Of a stretch of DNA of 64,000 nucleotides, positions 49,405-56,690 are shown piece by piece. Numbering within the stretch: the first letter of the stretch is position 1; every line of letters starts with the position of its first letter. The notes beneath the pieces were generated by a model that made no database searches, was not told where the DNA came from, and saw nothing but the letters and a program-made list of their open reading frames with translations. The translations under genes were made by a program, and so were the position numbers. The DNA comes from Myxococcota bacterium (lineage in GTDB: Bacteria > Myxococcota_A > Polyangia > Nannocystales > Nannocystaceae). The stretch is taken from NCBI GenBank assembly GCA_039028615.1, contig JBCCHT010000031.1, positions 32,001 to 96,000 of the forward strand. Direction: 5' to 3'.

Positions 49405-50376
49405 GTGAGGGTTCGGCTCGAGCCGGACTCTCCGCCCCTGCGTTGTGATCGGGCCCTGGTCGAAGCCCTCGTCGCCGCGGGCCACGAGTGCACGCGCTCG
49501 CAGCTGGCCCGCAGCTTCTCCGCGGGAGACGTCACCGCCGAGGGGCGGCGGCTCAAGCCCTCGTTGCGCATCGAGGTGCCGCTGGAGGTTCGCGTGGTGC
49601 TGCCGCAGCCGGAGCCGCTGCGGGCCGAGCCCGAGGACCTGCCGCTGTCGGTCTTGCACGAGGACGAGGACTTGCTCGTGGTCGACAAGGCCGCGGGCAT
49701 GGTCGTGCACGCCGGACCCGGGCACCCGCGGGGGACCCTGGTCAATGCCGTGCTGCATCACCTCGGCCTCGATGCCGACGGCCTCCCCGTGCTGCCGGGC
49801 AACGACCCCACACGGCCCGGCATCGTGCATCGCCTCGACCGCGAGACGAGCGGGGTGATGGTCATCGCCAAGCACCCGGTGGCGCAGGAAAAGCTGGCGG
49901 CGCAGTTTCGGGTGCACTCGCTGCGGCGGCGCTACATCGGGATCGTCGACGGGGTGGTCTCGTGGGACGAGCGAGAGATCGAGACCGGTCATGCTCGTGA
50001 CCCGCGGGAGCGCAAACGCTTCGCGCCGATCGAGACCGCCAGCCGCCGCGCGCTGACCCGGGCCCGGGTCGTCCAGCGGCTGCAGGGGGCGACCGTGATG
50101 GCCTTTACCCTGCAGACGGGTCGCACGCACCAGATTCGCATGCACGCGCGGCATTTCGGGCACCCCATCCTGGCCGATGCGCTCTACGGTCGTGCGCCCC
50201 GGGATCCGGCGCTGCGACGGGGCGTCGAGGGGCTCACGCGGCATGCACTGCACGCCGAGCTGCTGGCCGTGCGGCATCCCGCCGATGGTCGTGAGGTGTG
50301 CTGGCGGGCGGCGTTGCCGGCCGAGCTGCAGTCCGTGGTGACCGCCCTCGGAGGGCAGGCGCCGAAGCTCGACTGA
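49405..50376 (+). CDS. rluD: RluA-family 23S rRNA pseudouridine synthase (RluD-like)
   Basis: VVDKAAGMVVH, HRLDRETSG, TGRTHQIR, ALHAELL; S4-like N-terminus; adjacent to pgeF. Confidence 0.88.
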   Translation: MRVRLEPDSPPLRCDRALVEALVAAGHECTRSQLARSFSAGDVTAEGRRLKPSLRIEVPLEVRVVLPQPEPLRAEPEDLPLSVLHEDEDLLVVDKAAGMVVHAGPGHPRGTLVNAVLHHLGLDADGLPVLPGNDPTRPGIVHRLDRETSGVMVIAKHPVAQEKLAAQFRVHSLRRRYIGIVDGVVSWDEREIETGHARDPRERKRFAPIETASRRALTRARVVQRLQGATVMAFTLQTGRTHQIRMHARHFGHPILADALYGRAPRDPALRRGVEGLTRHALHAELLAVRHPADGREVCWRAALPAELQSVVTALGGQAPKLD

Positions 50377-50427
50377 CGCACGAGCATCCGGGTACGTCTT
50401 GGCACCGGCCTCGTCCCGTGCGATGAC

Positions 50428-51177
50428 GTGGACATGCTCGAGCGCGCGCCCTCGTTGAGTGCCCTGGCTCCCTCGATCGTGCACGGTTTCACCACGCGGT
50501 TGGGCGGGCACAGCCAGGGGCGCTACGAGTCGCTGAACATGGGTGGCAAGTGGGGCGACGACCCCGAGGCGGTTCAGCGCAACTACGCCACCGTCGCGCA
50601 CGAGGCGGGCTACGACCCCGAGTGCCTGGTGCGGGTCAAGCAGGTGCACGAAGCCACCGTGCTGCGGGCGAGCGAGGTCGGGCCCGGCAGCGAGGCCGAT
50701 GGTCTGTGGTGTGCTCGTGGTGATGGCCCTCGTGTGGTTGCCGTGCTCACCGCCGACTGTGTGCCCGTCGTGCTCGCGGATCTCGACGGCCAGGCGGTGG
50801 CGGCCGTGCACAGCGGGTGGCGAGGCACCGTGGCCAACATCGCGGGTGAAGCGGTGCGCGTGCTCGCGGAGGCGGGGGTCGATCCCGCCCGGATGGTCGC
50901 CGCCATCGGTCCATGCATCGAGCAGCGCGCCTTCGAGGTCGGCCCCGAAGTCGCCGACCAGTTCGACGATGCCTTCGTCGAGCGTGAGCGGTGGCCGAAG
51001 CCGCATGTCGATCTCGTCGGGGTCGTGCGCGCGCAGCTTCGGACCGCCGGACTGCCTGGGGGCGCCATCACCCGGGTGGGGGGCTGCACCCACGACCATC
51101 CCGAGCGCTATTTTTCGTACCGCCGCGACGGCAAGGGCATCGGCCAGATGATGTCCTTCGTCGGCTTCGTGGAGTGA
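50428..51177 (+). CDS. pgeF: YfiH/PgeF family (purine nucleoside phosphorylase / peptidoglycan editing factor)
   Basis: HGFTTRLGG, QVH, TADCVPV, AVHSGWRG, IGPCI, FSYRR. Confidence 0.92.
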   Translation: MDMLERAPSLSALAPSIVHGFTTRLGGHSQGRYESLNMGGKWGDDPEAVQRNYATVAHEAGYDPECLVRVKQVHEATVLRASEVGPGSEADGLWCARGDGPRVVAVLTADCVPVVLADLDGQAVAAVHSGWRGTVANIAGEAVRVLAEAGVDPARMVAAIGPCIEQRAFEVGPEVADQFDDAFVERERWPKPHVDLVGVVRAQLRTAGLPGGAITRVGGCTHDHPERYFSYRRDGKGIGQMMSFVGFVE

Positions 51178-51211
51178 AACCGAGCCCACGGCGGCCTGCT
51201 ACGATGGCCGG

Positions 51212-52225
51212 ATGAAGGCCGCGGCTCGCCTCCGTCTCGTCTCCGTGCTCATCGTCGGCCTGCTCGGCAGCGCCTGCGACACGACCGAAGAGCCCGAGGT
51301 GGAGAGCGCCGACCTGCGCTCCGAAGAACTCGACGCCCGCTGCGAGTTCCTCGTGCGCTGCGGCTTCATGCCCGACCGAGACACCTGCCTCGCCTCCGAG
51401 GAGCCCGACGCCGGTCTCGTGCAGGCGGTCGGGGCTACCAGCTTCGACCGCGTCGGCTACGACACCGAGGCCGCCGCGGTGTGGCTGGACACCCTGCGGA
51501 ACCTGAGCTGCGAGGGCACCATCGCCAACACGCGGGCCTTGGCCGAGGCGCGAGCGGGTGTGTTCGCCGGTCGCATCGAGACCAACGGCGCCTGCTTTTC
51601 CGACGAGGAGTGTGCGGGCGAGGCGATCTGCGAGCGCAGTGCGTGCCCCGGCAACCAGGTGTGCTGCACGGGCGAGTGCCTGCCTCTGCGCACCCTGACG
51701 GTGGGAGAGACATGCCCCTTGCCGCAGGCCGACGTGCGCATGCGGGCGTTCTGCGAGGACACGGCCTACTGCCAAGTCCCGCCCGACGATGGCAGCGAGG
51801 AGCCGCCCACCGAGGGCACCTGCGTGGCTCGGGTGGACAACGGCCTGCCCTGCGACGCGCTCGACGGGTGCCTCGACGGGCAGCGCTGCGACCTGGGAGG
51901 CTCGGGCAACTGCTATCGCCTCTCCGCGTCGGGGGAGATGTGCAACCCGGACCTGCAGCGCGGGTCGTGCTTGTCGCTCAACGAGGTCTGCTCGGGCGAG
52001 TGTGTGGCTGCGCCCGGCCCCGGGCAGGCCTGCGTGCAGGGGCAGTGCGCCGGCTATGCGGTGTGCGTGGAGGACAGCTGCGTGGCGCTGCTGCGGCAGG
52101 GCGAGGCGTGTGACGGGTCGGTGCCGTGCCTGGGCGACCTGAATTGTCGCGACGACGTATGTACGGCGGAGGACATCGTGCTCGTGTGTGTCGACGGGGC
52201 TCCGCCGCCTCCGCCCATGGAGTAG
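51212..52225 (+). CDS. Cys-rich repeat lipoprotein
   Basis: Lipobox LGSAC and many G..C...C...C modules. Confidence 0.75.
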   Translation: MKAAARLRLVSVLIVGLLGSACDTTEEPEVESADLRSEELDARCEFLVRCGFMPDRDTCLASEEPDAGLVQAVGATSFDRVGYDTEAAAVWLDTLRNLSCEGTIANTRALAEARAGVFAGRIETNGACFSDEECAGEAICERSACPGNQVCCTGECLPLRTLTVGETCPLPQADVRMRAFCEDTAYCQVPPDDGSEEPPTEGTCVARVDNGLPCDALDGCLDGQRCDLGGSGNCYRLSASGEMCNPDLQRGSCLSLNEVCSGECVAAPGPGQACVQGQCAGYAVCVEDSCVALLRQGEACDGSVPCLGDLNCRDDVCTAEDIVLVCVDGAPPPPPME

Positions 52226-52238
52226 CGGCGCCGTCACG

Positions 52239-53888
52239 CTACGGAACGGGCGGGATGCAATCGACCCCGCCCTTGCCCAGCACCTGCGAGTTGACCCGGA
52301 ACGTATTGAAGGTCTCCCAGTGCGGCGTTTCGAACTGCGGGATGGAGCCGTCCTCGCGCACGTTGGTGATGTGATACGCGTGCTGGTTCCAGATGCGGCG
52401 GCTGGCGACCCAGCGGTCTTGTTCGTCGCGAATCACCTGGACGGTGGGGGAGGTCATGCCGTGGTAGCCGACGTTCGAGACCACGACGATCTCCGCGGAC
52501 GCGTCGTTGTCGACGTCTGCGACCACGGGGTACTCGGTCTGAGTCCAGCTGCTGCGGGGGTTCTGCAGGACGACGTTGCCCTGGTCGTCCACGATGAACA
52601 GCTCGTCCTCGTCGGCGTAGATGGCCTCGGCCCCCGCATCGCCCAGGAAATCGAAGGCGGTGCCCGAGGCCGCTCCCGAGCCGTCGCTCACGGGGACCTC
52701 CCAAATGGGCTGTAGCGTGCCGTCGACGAGCCGATAGAGCGAATCGTCGGCGGAGGCGATCTCGACCATGCCGTCGGCGTCGATGTCCATGACCGCGGGC
52801 GGGGAGCGGAGGTTGCCACCGACGGAGGCGACCGTGCCGTCGTGCTCGAAGACATAGCTGGGGGCGGTATTCCCGTTTTCCATGCCGACGACCTCGGGCC
52901 GCCCGTCGCCGTCGAAGTCGGCCACGGCGGTGAAGGTCATCCAGTTTTGGCCATCGGGGTGGTCCCAGTACATGGTGCCGTCGTGGTGCCACGCGGAGTA
53001 GTTCTCGACGATCTCGAGGTCGCCGTCGCCATCGAGGTCGACGGGAATCGGGATGGCGGCGGTGCGGGGCAAGATTCGCAGCAAGGCTCCATCGCTGCCC
53101 GCATGAATGGCCTCGCCCGCGATGATCTCGACGGTGCCGTCGTTGTCGAGGTCGGCGAGGGCGACCGCCAGCTGAATCCCTCCGTTGAGCTCGGGGCGGG
53201 GCGCGGTCCAGGACACGGTGCCGTCGGCCTCGAACGCGACGACCTCGGTCTGTGACAGCGTGACGATTTCCGCCGAGCCATCGCCATCAATGTCGCCGAC
53301 GGCGGGGTTGGAGACGTGCGAGATCGGGTAGTCGGTCTGGTAGTGCAGGGTGCCCGTTGCCCCGTCGAGCACGCTGATGCGTCCGGCGTTGAAGTTGCCT
53401 CCTCCGGCAGGCCAGCCCACCTCGGGGTCGTAGGTCACGACCACGATGTCGGGGATGTCGCACAGATCGACGACTCCGTTGTCGTCGTCGTCGGTGAGGT
53501 TGATGACCAGGGGCGTCACCACGCTCGAGGTCCAGCTGTCGTCCGGCGTCCACGTCCACTGCACGGCGGGGGTGAACGAGTCGGGCGGAGCCGTCTCCAC
53601 GCAGGGCGGCGGGGCGTCGAGGCCATCGGGGTCGGGGATGATGGAGCAGGCGTCCGCGGGTCCCCCCGTCTCGTTGGGGGCGACGTCGAGCACGGGCCCA
53701 CCGCTATCGTCGAGGCCGCCACTGGCGATGCCGGTCTCCGAGGTCTGGGCCGAGGGCGCCGCGGTGGAGCCATCGCCGAGCCCTGTGCCCGAGCCGAACG
53801 CCTGGTCGCCCACGATCACGTTGTTGGTGCAGGCGCCGAGGGACAGCATCAACACGGGGCCGGAGCGAACGAGGGTCTTGATCGGCAT
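52239..53888 (-). CDS. FG-GAP/VCBS repeat beta-propeller lipoprotein
   Basis: Lipobox SLGAC and repeated DIDGDG.AEI / DLDNDG..EI / DFDGDG.PEV Ca-binding motifs; RRIWNQHAYHITNV. Confidence 0.85.
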   Translation of the reverse strand: MPIKTLVRSGPVLMLSLGACTNNVIVGDQAFGSGTGLGDGSTAAPSAQTSETGIASGGLDDSGGPVLDVAPNETGGPADACSIIPDPDGLDAPPPCVETAPPDSFTPAVQWTWTPDDSWTSSVVTPLVINLTDDDDNGVVDLCDIPDIVVVTYDPEVGWPAGGGNFNAGRISVLDGATGTLHYQTDYPISHVSNPAVGDIDGDGSAEIVTLSQTEVVAFEADGTVSWTAPRPELNGGIQLAVALADLDNDGTVEIIAGEAIHAGSDGALLRILPRTAAIPIPVDLDGDGDLEIVENYSAWHHDGTMYWDHPDGQNWMTFTAVADFDGDGRPEVVGMENGNTAPSYVFEHDGTVASVGGNLRSPPAVMDIDADGMVEIASADDSLYRLVDGTLQPIWEVPVSDGSGAASGTAFDFLGDAGAEAIYADEDELFIVDDQGNVVLQNPRSSWTQTEYPVVADVDNDASAEIVVVSNVGYHGMTSPTVQVIRDEQDRWVASRRIWNQHAYHITNVREDGSIPQFETPHWETFNTFRVNSQVLGKGGVDCIPPVP

Positions 53889-54026
53889 GCGTGTTCTCTG
53901 TCATCAATCGAACAATGCTTCGGGCGGGCGTGCAGGCCACCGGGTGCATATCGGCCGAAAACGCGGTGAAGACCCCCGTTGAGGGCGGTTTGAAGTTTTT
54001 TCGCGGTCGCGACAGAGAGTAGCCGA

Positions 54027-54584
54027 GTGTTGGCCGAAGACCATGAACGGAAGCGAGGGCGTACGGCCGGCACGGATGTGTCCGCCCTCCATCGCGAGTA
54101 CGCGACGTTCGTGTCGGGGTTCGTGCAGCGCCTGGGAGTGCGTGCGACCGATGTGCCGGATCTGGTCCAAGAGGTGTTCTTGTTGGCGCACGAAAAAGGG
54201 GGCTACCGGGAGGGAGCGGCCAGTCCTCGGACGTGGCTGGCGAATCTCGCAGTCGGCAAGGTTCGCAACCTGCGGCGCAAGCAGAGCCGTCGGTCGGCGG
54301 TGGCTCCCGACTCGCGGGCGGTGAACGACGCACCCGACTTGGGCGCGGTGGCTCGCCTCGACGAGCAGCTCGACCGGCGTCAGCGACTGCAGATCGTGCA
54401 GCGTGCCCTCGACCGCCTGGATGAAGACAGCCGCATCGTCTTCATGCTCTACGAGCTCGAAGGAGAGCGATGCGCTGCCATCGCGGCGGGGCTCGGGATC
54501 GCCCTGGGGACGGTGCACTCCCGATTGCATGGCGCGCGGCGCAAGTTCAAGGCCGCGTTCGAGCAGGAGAACGACGAACGATGA
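54027..54584 (+). CDS. ECF RNA polymerase sigma factor
   Basis: DVPDLVQEVFL, RTWL..LA and region 4 LYELEG...IAAGLGIALGTVHSRLHGAR. Confidence 0.9.
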   Translation: MLAEDHERKRGRTAGTDVSALHREYATFVSGFVQRLGVRATDVPDLVQEVFLLAHEKGGYREGAASPRTWLANLAVGKVRNLRRKQSRRSAVAPDSRAVNDAPDLGAVARLDEQLDRRQRLQIVQRALDRLDEDSRIVFMLYELEGERCAAIAAGLGIALGTVHSRLHGARRKFKAAFEQENDER

Positions 54585-55399
54585 CTTCAGACCCAAAGCG
54601 TTTGCGTGAGGCGGGCGAGCCAATGGCGTCGTTGCTGCGACAGGTTCGGGTCGAGGACTTGGGCGAGCCCGTGCCGCTCCCTCCGTGGCCGGGGGGAGAC
54701 GAACCCGCGGTGGCGGCGAGTGCCGGGGGATCGGCGGTGAAGCTCGTGCTGCTCGGGGCGGTGGTGCTCGGGGCGGGAGTCTTCGGGGTCGTTTCGAGCG
54801 GAGACGGAGAACGGCCGAGCGGAGCGCCGACGAGCACGGAGCCCCCGGGGCGGCGGCTCGCGATGGGGGCGACCGAAGCTCCCGTCGCGGGTGCGGCTGC
54901 GCCGCGGTCGGCTCGACCCGTCGTTGGCGAGGAGGCCGACGAACGACAGCGACCGGCAGTGGACGTCCCGCCTCGTCCGTCCCCCGACGATGCCACGGCA
55001 CCGCAGTCCGGGCGCGCACCGAGGCCCGCGCGGTCTCGGCCTCGTCCGTCGACCCCTGCGGCCGAGTCGGATCCCCCGTCCACGTCGTCGGCGGAGCTCA
55101 GCGCCACGAGTGAGGTCGAGCTGGTGGCCGAGATGCGAGCCTCGCTGCCGCGGGAGCCGTCGCGCGCGTTGAAGCTGGCCCGGGAGGGGGAGCAGCGCTT
55201 TCCGAAGGGTATGTTCGTGCGCGAGCGCAGGGCCTACGAGATTTTCTCCTTGCACGCGCTGGGGCGTACCGACGAGGCGGCGACGCTCGCTCGTCGCTTC
55301 GCGCGGCGCTATCCGTCGGGACCACTGAGCGAGCGAGTCGCGGCCTTGGTCTCCGCCCCCGCGTCGGGCTCAGAACCGAGCGATCGGGCCCAGCAGTAG
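54581..55399 (+). CDS. Putative anti-sigma-like membrane protein (TM, Pro-rich linker, C-terminal helical/TPR-like domain)
   Basis: ATGA overlap with the ECF gene, a single TM and RFPKG.FVRER...F.RRYP.GP motif. Confidence 0.65.
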   Translation: MTSDPKRLREAGEPMASLLRQVRVEDLGEPVPLPPWPGGDEPAVAASAGGSAVKLVLLGAVVLGAGVFGVVSSGDGERPSGAPTSTEPPGRRLAMGATEAPVAGAAAPRSARPVVGEEADERQRPAVDVPPRPSPDDATAPQSGRAPRPARSRPRPSTPAAESDPPSTSSAELSATSEVELVAEMRASLPREPSRALKLAREGEQRFPKGMFVRERRAYEIFSLHALGRTDEAATLARRFARRYPSGPLSERVAALVSAPASGSEPSDRAQQ

Positions 55400-56362
55400 C
55401 GCCACCGCCACCGACGGGCTCGTGAGAGCCGCGGTCACCTGCCCCGACGCAGGGTCGACCAGGGCGAAGCGGGGGCGCCAGACGGGCACGCCCACGTCGA
55501 GGTCCAGCCCGAGCCCGAAGCGATGCTCGGGAAACAGGCTCAACGCGAGGGCCCCGGCCAGCTCCACGTGTCCGCCGAAGTCTCGGCGCGCGCCGTCGAA
55601 GCCCCGACCCGTGGCCAGCGTGGGTCCACCCGTGACGCCCAGGCAGCCTTCGATGCGGAGCACGGGCGCACTGTCGGGGATCGTGCCCATACACGCGTCG
55701 GCCCGCAGGTGCATGGCGAACGCGGACACCTGACCGCCCGCCAGCGATTGCGGGGCAGACCAGCTGGTACGCGCGCCGAAGCGGAGCCGTACGAGGCGAT
55801 GAAGTCCGAAGACGGCGAGCCATTGCGCCGCGAGCCCGAGCTGGACGGGGGCGCCGAGGCTGGGCCCAGCCTGCAGCCGCATTGCGCTGTCGAGCGGGCG
55901 TCGGCTGGTGGGCGCGGTCGGAGGGGTCTCGATCTCCGTCGGTTCGGTGGTCGTGGTCGGGGAGACAGTTCGTGACTCGGGAGTCGAGGGGGAGGCGAGG
56001 GCGTCGAGCACGGTCGAGTCGAGCGCGATCGCAATGGCGAGGCCGACCGCGGCATCGAGGGCCGCGCAGTCCTCGGGCAGGGGCGCGAACACGCGGTCGA
56101 GGATCGTCTCGCCGTCGCGTTGGATGCGGATGCGGAGCGCATCGGGCTCGGTCGCATGCGACTCCACGTCGACCGCGATACGTGGACTGAGGGTGGTACG
56201 CCCCGTCCACGTGGCGACTTGCGCCGTGATGCCATCGTGGTCGGCACACGTCCCGGTCTCGGAGGCCACGGTGATGGCCTCGCCCAGCGGCCGCTCGGGT
56301 GCCTCGTTCGCCGGGGGCCCCAGCGTCGCCGCGAGCACCCAGGCGGCGAGGGGTCCGACCAC
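55370..56362 (-). CDS. Hypothetical exported protein with a probable C-terminal beta-barrel
   Basis: Hydrophobic N-terminus, C...C domain (EDCAALDAAVGLAIAIALD), Pro/Thr linker, amphipathic strands, terminal Phe. GTG start is 7 nt after TAGACT. Confidence 0.65.
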   Translation of the reverse strand: MVGPLAAWVLAATLGPPANEAPERPLGEAITVASETGTCADHDGITAQVATWTGRTTLSPRIAVDVESHATEPDALRIRIQRDGETILDRVFAPLPEDCAALDAAVGLAIAIALDSTVLDALASPSTPESRTVSPTTTTEPTEIETPPTAPTSRRPLDSAMRLQAGPSLGAPVQLGLAAQWLAVFGLHRLVRLRFGARTSWSAPQSLAGGQVSAFAMHLRADACMGTIPDSAPVLRIEGCLGVTGGPTLATGRGFDGARRDFGGHVELAGALALSLFPEHRFGLGLDLDVGVPVWRPRFALVDPASGQVTAALTSPSVAVALLLGPIARF

Positions 56363-56414
56363 GCGGACCAGTCTACCGGAGTCGATCGCTTTCCCGCGGG
56401 CGTTTGCGTCCGGT

Positions 56415-56690
56415 TTACGCCGAGCCGCAGCCAGGACCCGCCGCCAGCGCGGTCGGGTCGAGCCACCACGCGGAAGCTTGGCCGTAGTAGAGCGTGGTGG
56501 CCCAGAAGTCGGCGGTCTCGTGGTGCCGCAGGTCATCCACCTCGAAGCCCACGTTGCGCCAGGCGTCGTTCAGCCGAGCGAGAGCTTCGATATCGGAGAG
56601 GGCGAAGAGCCTCATCATCTCCAGGACGATTTCCCGGCACAGCCGTTCGTCTTCGGGATTGCTGGTGAGCGAGATTTCCAGTCCGATCAT
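56415..56690 (-). CDS. Small hypothetical protein translationally coupled to the cytochrome-like gene
   Basis: ATGA overlap at 56687-56690; globular-looking sequence with LRHHETADFWATTLYYG...WW. Confidence 0.6.
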   Translation of the reverse strand: MIGLEISLTSNPEDERLCREIVLEMMRLFALSDIEALARLNDAWRNVGFEVDDLRHHETADFWATTLYYGQASAWWLDPTALAAGPGCGSA

